Part shown: piece after piece, positions 35,201 through 47,761 of the stretch
Position numbering within the stretch: position 1 is the first letter of the stretch
Layout of the letters: every line of letters starts with the position of its first letter
Origin: Coniocarpon cinnabarinum
Lineage: Eukaryota
Reading direction: 5' to 3'
Length of the DNA stretch: 64,000 nt
Assembly (NCBI GenBank): GCA_051942205.1
Contig: JAVECO010000088.1
Span: forward strand, 1 to 64,000
Notes under the pieces: model-generated
What the model saw: the letters and a program-made list of their open reading frames with translations, nothing else
Database searches by the model: none
What the model was told of the DNA's origin: nothing
Made by a program: the position numbers and the translations under genes

Positions 35201-36443
35201 TGAGCTCTCACAAATTTTAGTACAAAGGACCACAGATTTGCTTTAAGGAGCAATCAGAACTGTCGCGGGGATGCTTTGTATCTCTTCCTAGCTTGGTAGC
35301 GTGCCAGGTAAGCGTTGTCCGTATGGCGGTTTACGAGTCGCACGACCTCGAAGCGCTTGCAGACGTCTCGACTCCGGACTGAATGCGCTGCCCCACTTGG
35401 CACTGCAGGAACGACGCTCCGTCACTGTTCAAGTTTCCCACATGAGAGGCCCACCTCTTCCAGGAACGTCATCTGGCACGCGCGCTTTTTGCGTTTTGTC
35501 GGGAGGTGGAGTGTCAGCCATAGTTCTCTCCGTTCTGCTCCTGGAAATCCCCACTCCGCGCGCGGAACCGTCTGAGTGGGTTCCCAGTCATTGCCACTGC
35601 ACTCCTCTCCCATCAAAATCGATGTAGGAACCTTGTGTACCAAGGCAATAGCTTCTCTTGCTCCCCAACAACCAAGCACCAGTGCTTCTTGAATTCTCTT
35701 CATCCATACTGCTTTTTCTCTGCCAACATCGGCCACGGACAGCTACCTCGATTTCACGTTGTTTGTGTCTTGTTCAGATATAACCACATCACAACACTCC
35801 ACTGCACCCCTTAGTGCGCTGTGCAGACACGACTTGACGGATTTCTTTTCAATCGTCGGACTTCACTCACTCGACTCGACCGACCTCTTCAACGCGTGGT
35901 GCGATTTCTTGCGAACAACTCAACTTAGTAAGGGCTTTGTCCCTTAACATCGTCGCTGTTGCCGACTCAGCTGGCTCCACTATAGAAGTTGTGCGCCACC
36001 TACTGTCAGACTCTGGTATGCTGATCATGGGTCTAACATAGATAACGATACCCTTTGACGGCATACAAATTCCCTCAAGCACCTTCGACGCAACGCTTTC
36101 CCTATCATACCTCCCGTGCATATATTCGCACAAGAAGACACTTTGGCAGCACCATCCATTTGTTACTGAACGGCTGGAGGGGGGTTGGTACTCAGCCCCC
36201 TGTCGAGCTCCACACATCCGGCCACAACCGACCAGCGAGGTGGGATGCGTTGTCGTTGGACGGTCTCGCGGCTGCAAGAACCTGCTACATTCACCCACTT
36301 ACAGTGCAAAGCAAAAGCATCAGGTCGACGACTTGTCAACAAAAGTCTGTTCCAACGTTTACAACGTCAGTCAAGAACACAACGTGGGGATAAGGTCCCT
36401 TGTATACGTAGAGTTGGCTTAGCAAGCAGTCGAGTCTTTTCAC

Positions 36444-37310
36444 ATGACCGAGCCACAAAACACTCACGACTTCCAAGGCTTCAAATTCGAAGACAGCGAC
36501 GGCGCAACGGTTGGTACAAGGTCAGATAGTCGTAACATCCACGGCAATCAGATCAATCAGATCACCAATAATTTCGGTCCTGCTGAGCCACAGCACCACT
36601 CAGAGCCTCATTCATGTGAGCAAGCGTCGGAAGAGGATACGGAACCCATACCTTTGCCACTTTCCAGCGCAGCCACGTCACGTAGCTATCAGCAGGACGC
36701 GCGTGCTGCTCCAGTCAACGAAACGCTCTGGGGCGCCCGTGTCCAAGTCCCTAGATCGACCAACGCTGGAGTTGCTAGAATTCACAATCCCTCCTCCACC
36801 AGGGAAAGGTCGCAAACTCAATCGACGGACCCCTTGGGTCCCAATCCGCCTGCGCCATCCGCCACTTCAGTAAGCACCAGCTCTCATTCACCTGGTGCAC
36901 CGGCAGATCCCCGTCACTCCTCCCAGAACAAGGCTGAAGATGTTTCTTCGTCCTCGCGTCGTTCTGGGTTGCGCATGCGCTTGAAGAAGAGCACGAACAA
37001 ACTGCGCTGCAAGCTCTCCTGTAAACTCGGCATTGCTTGCTCCGACGGCTGTTGCTTCTGTTGCCTTCCAGTTCCTTCCAGCAGTGGGACGTCATCGTCG
37101 TCTGAGCCCAGAAGCCGTGGCCGTCGCAGTCGCGCTTCGCAACAGGGTGGTTATCACTTAGTTCGTCAGGAATCCCCCCGGTCAGCTGGCGAACGCACCG
37201 ATGTGCACACGCTGCGTCCCCCTGCCGAACAGGAACATGAAGTGTTCCACTTAGGTGGACCATGGGGCGATTCTGACCCACAACGACCAGATGCAATCAA
37301 TATCGAATGA
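36444..37310 (+). CDS. Disordered protein with N-terminal HET-s-like amyloid motif and a polybasic/Cys cluster
   Basis: 288-aa ATG ORF: MTEPQNTHDFQGFKFEDSDGATVGT..HGNQINQITNNFG, an S/P-rich body, RMRLKKSTNKLRCKLSCKLGIACSDGCCFCC and C-terminal EHEVFHLGGPWG. Confidence 0.7.
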   Translation: MTEPQNTHDFQGFKFEDSDGATVGTRSDSRNIHGNQINQITNNFGPAEPQHHSEPHSCEQASEEDTEPIPLPLSSAATSRSYQQDARAAPVNETLWGARVQVPRSTNAGVARIHNPSSTRERSQTQSTDPLGPNPPAPSATSVSTSSHSPGAPADPRHSSQNKAEDVSSSSRRSGLRMRLKKSTNKLRCKLSCKLGIACSDGCCFCCLPVPSSSGTSSSSEPRSRGRRSRASQQGGYHLVRQESPRSAGERTDVHTLRPPAEQEHEVFHLGGPWGDSDPQRPDAINIE

Positions 37311-38413
37311 TCGATCGTTATCAATACATATGTCATGATTTCTTCTACGACGAGGAAGAAGGCTTTCAAGGAGCGGGAGGCAAGTTGACGCCTTTCATGT
37401 AGATGATGACGAGATACGGCCCTATGCATAATACCCCAGATGAATATAGACACATATTCGATATGAATCTGGCCCCTGATGTCAGGGGTTTTTGGCTTCA
37501 TGGTTGACTCCCGAGGCTAGAGAGCCGCGTACCGGGTCAGACGAACCAATCGTTGTAGATCTGATCAACTCTATTGCAACGTCTTCCCGCTTGTGCAAGA
37601 CGCGAACGTCTGGTTGCTGTGAACCTGATTTGGTCTGAGCTTGCTTCGCCACCTCTCAGGGTGTACCTGTCATGATCCTAGAATAGCATCCCCGTTGGTA
37701 ATTTTGGAAGACCAAGCCATTGCAGTGATAAGGGCTTTAGGCCCCCTAAGCCAGCTCGATGTAAACCTCCGTGGCCATCTAGTGCAGACTAATGACATAA
37801 AATGCGATCGGTCTCCTTACTAGCATAGAGGCAGGTCTGAAAGATCCAGTGATGGGGCGAAGACGCCATCGAAACACTGCAGCAGTCTGACTTCCACTCG
37901 GTTCCTATCCACGGCAGTCAAGAGCCCCCCCTATGTCGCCTGCAGGGGCCGAATGAGCGGGTTCGCACGGCAAAATGTTCTTCTGCCTCGCAGCGCATCC
38001 ACAGCTTACGATCTGCACTTAGTAAACCCTGCACATTATTGTGACCCACGTAATATCTATATGATCGGCATAGATGCTTGAAGATATTGCTGAAATGACT
38101 CGTGGCGTCATGCCAGGCTTTCTATTCAATAAGAATGTTCGAGGATATTCCAAGTTTGTAGACAAACGCTCAGCTCCTGGACTATACTTATCGCACTATT
38201 GAAGACAAGCAGACACGGATAGACAAGTCGACATCGAAACTATTCGCGAGAGTTGACAAGAATGACTTAATGTCGTTTAGATGTTGATTTAACGCCTTGC
38301 AACAACCATTAGCACGTGCATGCTACAAACCACATGATAGGCATTGAGACTGTGCAGATGTGTCTCCTCATAGGCTCGCCCAAGCCGCTGCAGATCGTAT
38401 AGAACTCAATCTC

Positions 38414-39187
38414 CTACAAGTGGTGGGAACCAAGGAGAGTGTTGATGCCTTCGAAATTTCCAATATTGAAGACGTGGCGTGGACCGGTGACAGGCGCACC
38501 CCGTGCAATTCGCCTTCCCATATGCCCATTTACGCTTTTGTCGAGTCGAACGTTAAATGTATCACAGAACGTAAGTCTCGTCTCTTGCAACTCCTTCGAA
38601 GCTCTTTCAAGCAGTGTGACGTCCAAAGTGCGGTCTTGTTCCTTGAGGTCACTCGTGAGCTTCCTGAAATCACTTGACAGTGTGTTGATGCCGCCTGGGC
38701 ATCGTTCATAGAGGCAGTGAATGGCTTCGGATGCCGTATCAAGAATTCTCTGTAAGTCTTCTCGTCGGTAAAGCACCCAGAGCATTCTGTTGGTGATCCT
38801 TGCCGCCTTGGGCCCGGCCTTGACACGCTGCTGAATGGCATCGTTCAGGGCCTTGGTATTGTTACGCAAGTCATCAATGTTGTCAACGGAGAGCGTGGTT
38901 GGCGCTTGATCAAGTTCAGCATCTGAGGCCAAGGCCGAATACTTTTTGGCCTCTTCAAAAGCTTTTTCGATCGCGCACAGCAGACGTTGAATTTCTTCTG
39001 GTATATCAGGCCCTTTGTAGTACTTTGCCCAATTGGTGAGCATCCAGCTTGATATCGAGAGGCGGGTGTAGCAGTAATCGAGGTCCTTGTGGAAGGATAA
39101 GGAAAGTCTCAAGGAGCGGAAGCCGCGGACGATGCAATCGAGAGACGAGAGGAGACTGGAACCAGCGCTCAAGGCGTCCATCGCCAT
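38414..39187 (-). CDS. HET-S-like HeLo domain protein with C-terminal two-repeat amyloid-like motif (paralog of 31399-32244)
   Basis: LLSSLDCIVRGFRSLRLSLSFHKDLDYCYTRLSISSWMLTNW and ITNRMLWVLYRREDLQRIL are shared with the 32244 protein. C-terminus CDTFNVRLDKSVNGHMG / RHVFNIGNFEGINTLLG. A TATA-like TATAAA lies about 110 bp upstream on the minus strand. Confidence 0.8.
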   Translation of the reverse strand: MAMDALSAGSSLLSSLDCIVRGFRSLRLSLSFHKDLDYCYTRLSISSWMLTNWAKYYKGPDIPEEIQRLLCAIEKAFEEAKKYSALASDAELDQAPTTLSVDNIDDLRNNTKALNDAIQQRVKAGPKAARITNRMLWVLYRREDLQRILDTASEAIHCLYERCPGGINTLSSDFRKLTSDLKEQDRTLDVTLLERASKELQETRLTFCDTFNVRLDKSVNGHMGRRIARGAPVTGPRHVFNIGNFEGINTLLGSHHL

Positions 39188-42100
39188 TGTGGAGAAACTA
39201 TGGCCTTCAAACTGTCACAAACGGGAGAGATTGAAAGATAGTGCGAAATGAAGAATTTGAGATGTGGAGAGTAAAATATGCAACCCAACATTTATACACG
39301 GTGTGTGCGCCGTTGAGGCCGTCCATATGACTTTCGAATGCCTCGTCGAGGCGGTGAGATCCAAGCCAAGTTTCGTTGACCGATGCGGGGGGGCGCATCA
39401 CTGCAGGTCAAGGCGAAAAGGCTTTCGTGATTCGGTGCTAGGATCTGGAAAGTTTTCTTGTACCGCTGATGTACCTATGCGTCGATGCCCACTCAGCTTC
39501 AAGTATCCTCTCTGCGCAATGTCATAGACTCCTTTCATCTAAGCTTAGGGCGCTACGTCTCGCATCACTACCAGCGCGTCGTGCCACTGGAGCACACTAC
39601 AGCTCGAGCGGCCGGTGAAATTTGGCCTGCGTACACCTGTCTAAGTGGCATGAACGTGCTATCTAGGAGTCGCAGCAACAATGAAAGAAGCATAGGCATG
39701 CCCCCCTCTGCTTATTTAGCAGCATCAGGAGAAAACACCAACGCGATGGACCTGCTGGCTCAAGAGCGGCCACAGCCAGCCTGAGAAACCCTTGGTAGCC
39801 CATCATGATAAAGCGAAGGAAATTGAAATACTTTGTGAGTACTTTGCGCGTCATAGCCTATGAGCCCTTGGGTCGCAACGCGCGGCCTACACGCAAGCAC
39901 GTGAGAGCAAGGCAATTTCTACGGTTCGGTGCAACTCCGCGTTTGGACCAAATTGGACTTCGTTCATCAAAGCTCTTAGCGACTAGTGCTTCTTTTGCTC
40001 TAATTTGTTCTTGAATGTCATAGAAGTCCGAATGACCCTGGATATTGACGTCTGAGGATATTTTCTTTATCTTTGTAGATGGTGATGAGTTTCGGAAGAG
40101 GCAGGAGGCGGCAATATCAAGGTGCAACCTGTTTGACGTATATTAGAGTATACGTGTTACCGAGAAGATGGTGAGAAAGCGCGAACATTGATCCGTGCCA
40201 GCGCGAGCTCATCGACAGCATATAGCAGTGCAGCAACCGTTCAGATGGCCTAGATGAGCGACACAAGCTTCGGAATGACCATGACCATTGCGTGTCAGAA
40301 AGAACGGCTTTCGCGATACAGGCAATGCCAGCGGCAAGAGCGCACCGCCTTTAAGCCTAGTCAGGACGTCAAGTGTGCAGTGATCTCTGGTTGATCTCTG
40401 GTGGAAGAACTCGCGACCTAGCACGGCAGAAACCTGGCATTGGCCTTACCATCCTGCTTCTGACCAAGAGGTCGTGTCAGGCTGAGCTGCCGCTCGCTTG
40501 ACATGCTTTGGCGTGGTTGGTGGGAAATCCTTTCATCACCACATGCTCGTTTCGTAACCCCGTAACTCACCGGCCTCTGCGCAAACCAGTATTGGAAGAT
40601 GATCTGCGCTATGGGTCTTCGGTGGAATTTGGTGGCACTTGCTTGACGGCGACATCATCAGCACGTTTTGCTAAGTCAATAGAGGTCTTGAATCATACGT
40701 AGATAAAGCAGGGGTCGGGAACATAAGCACGAGTAACAGGACATTTGTGGTCTTATGTAGTCGACCGTGATGTGTACGAGTCACGTCTCTCAGTCCAATA
40801 ATTTGCGAGACGCTAACATTCCTCGCACTCGGATTAGATCTTGGACAATGTGGAACGCGTTCCGCAACCATACGGCCGCAACACTCAACTACCACTATCA
40901 GTCAAAACAAATGGCGCACAGGCTTAATTTTGGCACTTATCTGAGCTGCAATTACGCATATGGGGGATCGAGTCTGAAGTATTCCGAACACCATGATAAA
41001 GCGCGCATGGTCGTTGTTGGTAGCGAGACTCGCACAATGGTAGTGAGGGTATACATGCACTGCACGTGCACCAAAAGAGACGGGAGAGGAAAATGTAGCA
41101 CTGTAATGAACTAGAAAGATCATCTGATTTTCTCCCCTGTCACCTAATTAGGTAAGAGTGCCGCTATCGACCGCAGTGCGTGTTTGAATCTGGCCCTGGA
41201 ACATGAGTACTCATGTTGAAAAGCACTGCAAAGGTTTAAGCAGCATGATAAGAGGAATGGCCAGCAAGAATCGGGGCGAAGCGCTCCCGATTAGAAGGGA
41301 GTATCACAATTTGTTTACTCGCGCGTGCGCGAGGCAACAGGTCTGCAAGCACAAAATCTCCGTTAACTTCTCCTACAACCCGCCGAAATCTTCAATACGC
41401 GACCCTGTGCTAAACATGTAGTATTCCACCATCTCTCGTAACACGTCTCTTATTTTTGCATGTCTCTTTGCAACCACCAGCTTTCCCGGGCTATCTGTCG
41501 AATCAGTCGCTGCTCAGCACAGACCCCTTCTGAGCCCATCCAGACATCCTCCACCAGGGCTCCTGTCTTTTCCAACCTAGCCACTTAGCCTCACGCGAGC
41601 CTCGTCCTTTGCATATTTGAAAATGGGATGTGGTTGCGAACTGGCCTAAAGGACAGTGTTCAGCACTCATGAATTCCGAGCAGGGCCTCGATCTGCTGGG
41701 CCAGCCACATACTCTACCGCCGTACTTGATGAGCTTGTGAGGCACATCGCGTCACGAGGTCGCTCCTATACCAGCGCGCGCGCACTTGTGATGTCAATGG
41801 CATTGCCATCGTCAACGTCTCATCTCTGCAGCGCTGTTGCCGAGTATGTCTAGTAGAGCTCTTCACGCGTGCTCCTGCCCTCCGGGGTCCACAGCGAGCT
41901 CCACGAACCACATGAAAGTCAAACTGACCTTGTCTGATTGATAGAGTGTCACAACAGTCACGATCTCGAAATTTTCTCTCCTGGGTCACCGCGACTACGG
42001 AATAAGGTCCTGCCCAGCCGCAGCAATCAAAGAGCTCTCACGTCGTTTGGATGGCCAGAAACGCGTCGCAAGAGGAGGATGTGAAACAAGGATGTTTACC

Positions 42101-43548
42101 GTTAGTGTCACTAGCATGGAAGAGACCCAACCGGCGGATGCACACGGGGTCCTGACTAGGGACTGGTCAGAGAGTGGATGCAGCAAGGCGCGAGGCCACT
42201 GCCGAAGCTTGACTATGCACAGCGATTCAAATCCCTATCGTCATAGGACCACTGCCTCGCTGGTAAAGGTGCCTGCTAGTCGTATTCAAATACGGCAAGT
42301 ATTTGGCAGCTAATTGAAGGACGAGATCGTCGTAATCAAGTGCTGTTTTATACCAGCGATTGCATATGGAAATCATCCAGGGATCTGCGCCCTTGGTACG
42401 GCAAGGGAAATTGACTAAAAGTGTTGGGAGATTCTGCCGTCCCGCCTCACATGTGTAGCGGCGGCCTGCCCAAGCAATGAGCCGCCAGCCCTATAGCACG
42501 TAGTCTTCAGAGGTTGCGAACAACAATGAGCCCCATCTGGGCCTCTTGAAGCACCAAATCGCGCTGTGCGAATGCTTTCGTGTGTGACGTTTGCAGTAAT
42601 CGTCAACACAGGGCATATGGCCTAGAGCATCGTGGATAGAAATAAAGCAGTCAGCCGGTTACCCTCCGGTTCTAAACGTCCAGAGTGTGTTGTGCAGGCG
42701 TTTTACAGAGAAAGGCCAAGACACAAGTACGTGCGCGGGATAGGCGATAAGGTGCTTCTTGACCTACTGATGACTGTCCAATGAATGCAAGCCTCTCTCC
42801 GCCGGGGCCCGGCATTCACGTCCTCGAGCTTGCTAGTGGACGCTTACACGCCACCCTCTTGTCGGCATGCTCATATTTAGATTTTGGATGAGCGTCGCCC
42901 GGAAAATGCCAGCCTGCATCCGAAATGCATTAGTTGAGACGACCTACTGGTTGAGACGCCCGGTGACCGCGGAAGCGGATGTTGCGATCCATTGGTCGAA
43001 AAACGATGGGGCAGGTCGGCGACCCTCTCCTGCGTCAATTGAATGGACGAGTCATGGACGGTAACCATACTGCGCACGACCCGGCTCCGTAGATCACCAT
43101 TAGGCGATGTCTGGTGGTCCGAGCGACCTCGAATCTGGTCCTCCACGTCAGAACCTGGCCTTTTCAACGGCTCACTGGGTCGCGCCGTCTGCCTTGTGGC
43201 TCGCGCCAAATTGCGCCCATAGTTTGCGTCCACAACTCTCTTCCACGTCTGTTGAATTTCCGGCTGGTTCATTTACGATCCCTGCAGATTTTTGCGCCTC
43301 TGCATGAACTTTTAGGGCTTCGACTTTTGCCTTCCAGCGAATTCCTTTCCCCAGCCCCCTTATTTGTGCAGAGGACGAGTCCTTTACTCTAACAACGATC
43401 ATAACTCAGCATGCTATTCGAAGTATAAGACTCAGCATACTCACTGCATTCAAAGTCTTCGACCGCATCTCTCCCTACCTCACTTTTTATCTCTTCTACA
43501 ACTCTCGGTCCACTTTCATTATCTAGATCCGGGAGGCTGGTCGCAAAG

Positions 43549-44074
43549 ATGTCTGACAACAGCCGCGATAGACTTCAGAACGAGCATACCGAGCTCCCAG
43601 ACAAGAGTACGGTCGAGATCGATCCAACACATCAGCAAACCAATACAGAAAACGATGGCAGTATCAATGCTCACCATGGGCCCTTGAAGAACAATAATCC
43701 AGTTTTCTTCTCTTCGAATTTCAATACTACTGTGAACTTTGAAGGCTGCAACATTGCCGATGAAGCAGAAATGGAGCTTAAGGTTAGATATTGCCAATCT
43801 TGCATCCTCCGGGGCACAGATTGCGCCATCAAGTCGCATCTATAAATTCGAGCCAGCTTTGAATGGATTTCTCTGCTTCTAACAACGTCATTACCAGTGC
43901 ACCAAGCAAACTACTTCAAAGTTCGAAGAGGACGGCGCTCAAACATGCGTCGAAGAGGGATCCACAAAAATAAAATTCAGCAAAGGAGCGAGCCGTGAGA
44001 AAGAGCCCGACCATTCAAAAGCTACCGGTCCCCAGTCATGCGTGGCTACGGATGATTCTGGAAGGAGTCTTTGA
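43549..44074 (+). CDS. Small two-exon hypothetical protein with an Asn-rich beta-prone segment
   Basis: Exon 43549-43782, intron 43783-43897 (GTTAGA...CTAAC...CAG) and exon 43898-44074 are in frame. The product contains KNNNPVFFSSNFNTTVNFEGCNI. Confidence 0.45.
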
Positions 44075-45592
44075 CGCTGCAAGAAGGTCAGCCCGGGCTA
44101 GCGTGAGTGCAATGAAATGCTTGCAATCCCACTCGAACACAAATCGCTGTGTCGCTTTGTCAGACAAAGCATGTACTGACAATTTTCAGGGTGATCTTAT
44201 ACTTATCGCTGGGTGCTGTGTCATTCACGAAAGATAAAGGAAACGCCCCCACCCCCATTAAGCAACACATACAAGAATGCTGAGAGGTAGTGTCATCAGA
44301 AGTTGTCTACACGTTAGTGTCCTTGATGTTTCGCTTAAAAGATGTATACCTGTCTACAGAGTCCATTGATATACAAGTCACTCCTTTGCACATTGGAAAA
44401 ATCATAGCACGTTTCACATACCTCGGTACATTTCAACCCCTTTGGCCCAATCCTTCCAACGTTCCACAGTGAAGGCAGCTCACCTATTCCTTTCAGAACA
44501 TGTTGTGTGTTCGCTTGGTGCTGCCCGTTATGCAAAGCAACCTCAGAGCATACAGGAGATTCAATTAACAAGCTTTTCAGAACAAAATCTGGCGTCCGTT
44601 CCCCTGTCTCATCTTTTCCGTCCTCTAGAGGCAGAAGCAAGATGATAATGCCGCAGTGGCACGATAGAGAGGTCTCGTTGCAGCTGCGATGTACTCCCCC
44701 ATGAAAACGCGTAAGCAGACCATTTGGTTCATTTGATACCTTTATTGCGAAGAGTCACGCGAAGCAATTAAGTCTGCGGAGGACCGCCAGAAATCCCATG
44801 AAAGATTCTCTCCGGGTCGTCTACCGCACCTCGGGATCGATTGTCGAGTGTGGTAAGAGTCTGCTGCCGTGAATGCGACGGCCCTCGAATCATCGAGATC
44901 TTCAAGAGAAACGACTTAGCAAGGTTCTGACATTGTTACAGTGCCAACTCTTCTATCAACAACCCTCTCCCTTTTAAGAAGCTCAGCCATTCTCATCCTC
45001 GAAAAACCGTCCGCAAGTCCTGGCACTTTGAGCCTAGCCAGTGCAGCTCCCGTGCGCAGCATTCTATCTTTGCGAGCTCGCCGACATCACATGAAGCTAC
45101 AAAGCATGTTCTTTTCACTGTTATATGATCTTGCGACTGAGAAGGATTCAAGCAAATGGCTATGCTACGGACTTACCTCGGCCGAGGCTTCGGAGACGCA
45201 AGATATGATGCGTCTGATACAGATACCATACCGCTAGGTAGCCTACGAACACGACGTCATGTACAATACAGCGTTATTGTGATCATGTCTGTTGGAAGTG
45301 CAATTCTCAAGAAAAAGCGGGTGACTATTGCGTGCACGTATTTGATGTTCGAGCTGAGGGACCTAAATAGCTTGCACGTGATGCGACAGCTGTCAACTCT
45401 ACAAATCGTGGCGGCGCAGTATGAAAGCCCCTAACCCAAGGCATTTCAGACGAAAGCACACTACGCCTCACGAAGCACTCATGTGTGCTTTAGCAATTGC
45501 CACTGTCCCATACCTCCGCGAGCATGTCGAAGATGAGCAGTCTTGTGCTACGTTACTCCGTACTCTACTCTCCATAATTCAGGACACATCGC

Positions 45593-46846
45593 CTACAATC
45601 GCGCCCTGATACTTCCTTGCTCCTTTGGCACATCCTTTGATACCCTCAACACGACCCGTCCCAACACCTCACCCCGTTCCAACTCCTCATATACCTTTCC
45701 TAGCTCCTCGAACTCCCTCACCACGACCCGCGGCTTGACCCTTCCACTCCTCACAAATTCCACCGCGTCATGACACTCCTTCAAGCTCCCAATCAAATTC
45801 CCAATAACCTTCAACCCCTTGATCGCGATTACACCAGCGCTCGTCCCAATCAGTGCCTGGTCAGGCGGGATACCGCAGCAGCTCAGCGTGCCGCCGATCC
45901 GTAGCAGCTCTGCAGCGCTGTAGTACGCCTTTGAAGATCCAGCGGTGACTACGACTGCGTTCGCACCCGTACCGGTAATAGCGTGGACGGCGTTGACGGG
46001 GTTGGTGGAAGTAACATCAACGTAGTGGGAGGCGCCTAGCTCTTTGACGAAGCGCTCTTTTGAGGCGCCGGCGTCAATGGCGATGACACGTGCCCCGAAC
46101 GCGGTGGCGTATTGAATTGCGAAGTGACCGAGACCGCCAGCTGCACCAACGACGGCAAGCCACTCTCCCGGCTTGGTGCCCGTGTTCAGCACCACCTTGT
46201 AGGCCGTCACGCCTGCGCACAGTGTCGGTCCTGTCGTAATGGGGTCACAGTCCTCTGGAAGCAACGTCAGGTAGCTGGCGTCCAGCTTGATGAACTCTTG
46301 AAAGCTGCCATCAACGTGATGCAAATGATTCGAGAGTCGCGAGCAGTACTGCTCCGTCCCAGCTAGGCAATGAGTACAGCGACCGCAGACAGAGGCAGCA
46401 AAGCGAATGCCAACGAGCTTGCCAGGAGCAATGTCGGCATCAAGAACCTTGACGTTCGGGCCCAGAGCAATGATGCGGGCAACGCCTTCGTGGCCTCCAC
46501 AGTGTGGAAGCTTTATATTCGTGATGGGTTGTCCATCAGCCCCACTGGCCGTGCCATGAGCGGTGTGAAGGTCTGTGAAGATCAGCCACGAGTCAAGTTA
46601 ACTATTTTGAAACGGTAGAGGTGAGAAGCCAGCCAGCTGCATGCAAGAGCGAAAAAGCAGAGCTCGTGTCACGGTGGCAAGCTTACCGCTTTGGCAGACA
46701 CCAGTGTAAAGCACTCGCGCGACCACCTCATTGCTACTAGGCGTGGGAATAGGATGGTCATGGACGATCTCAACAGGATCGCCTTGCTTGCGGACGAGCG
46801 CTGCAGTCTGATGCTTGCGGTTGGGAAGGCCGTAATATTGAGCCAT
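45593..46846 (-). CDS. Zinc-dependent alcohol dehydrogenase (MDR family)
   Basis: Exons 46846-46687 and 46572-45593. Motifs GVCQSDLHT, GHEG, structural Zn site CGRCTHC..C, CAGVTAYK and the GAAGGLGH Rossmann motif; the protein ends in -ARL. Confidence 0.93.
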
Positions 46847-47761
46847 AGCTCACCGATGCCCAAGCTCTCCTTCTTGCAGAGGTCAAAGGACAGTAGTCAA
46901 ATGATGACGAACAAGTCTGAAAGTGAGTGCATTGAAAATATGTGTTTACGACGTCCCCTCACAGCGGGCCCTTAGCCAGGGGGACTAGCATGAGCTCTGC
47001 TTGCTGTGGATGCGGGGAGTTCGTAACCTAATGCTCCTGTCGCGCCTCGTACCTGGATCGCTCGGTAACATGACTGTATTGTGCGTATGTGGTTGCTGAA
47101 GCTCGTGGGAACAGCATCCGGCACATTTGCGGGTGGGATATCGGAATCATGACGTTTCCTGAGTTCTTCACCCGACGCGGCTAGTTAGTGTTAGGGTGAT
47201 GCTGTGTACTGCCAGAATACCTTGCAACTTGCGGTCATTCTTGACACCACTGGCGAAATAGCCCAACTACGGCCACGATCAACGACTACATCGAGCATAG
47301 AATGCTGTGAAGGTTGGTCGAATGAGGTGTGTGTAAGATCAGGTTCTTATCGAAGTGGGAAAATCGACTTGGCATAGCCAGTACCGATCAATGTAGCGGT
47401 AGAGCTATAACTCGATCAGCAGCAGCATTGCGTCCAGCTGTGCTAAGAAGCGCTCTGTCAGGTTCGACATCCACCACCTATCGGAGTGCTGCATACTGAA
47501 GTGGATCCATGAAGGTAATGGAAAGGCACTGCCATGATTACGATACCCGCGACACTTACGGATTCGAGGGCCTGCTTGAGAAACACCAACATTCATGGTG
47601 AAACAGCGCTGCCGACCCCCTATGTCGTCCGCCTTTGTCAATGCTCATACGCGGCCGAGGACGGCAAGCCTTCGCGAAGAAGACAGATTATTGTAGCATG
47701 GAGTTGGAATCAGCGCAATGGCGCGCCGCCGTAACGCTTCTCAGTCCGAGGTGCGTCGCAG

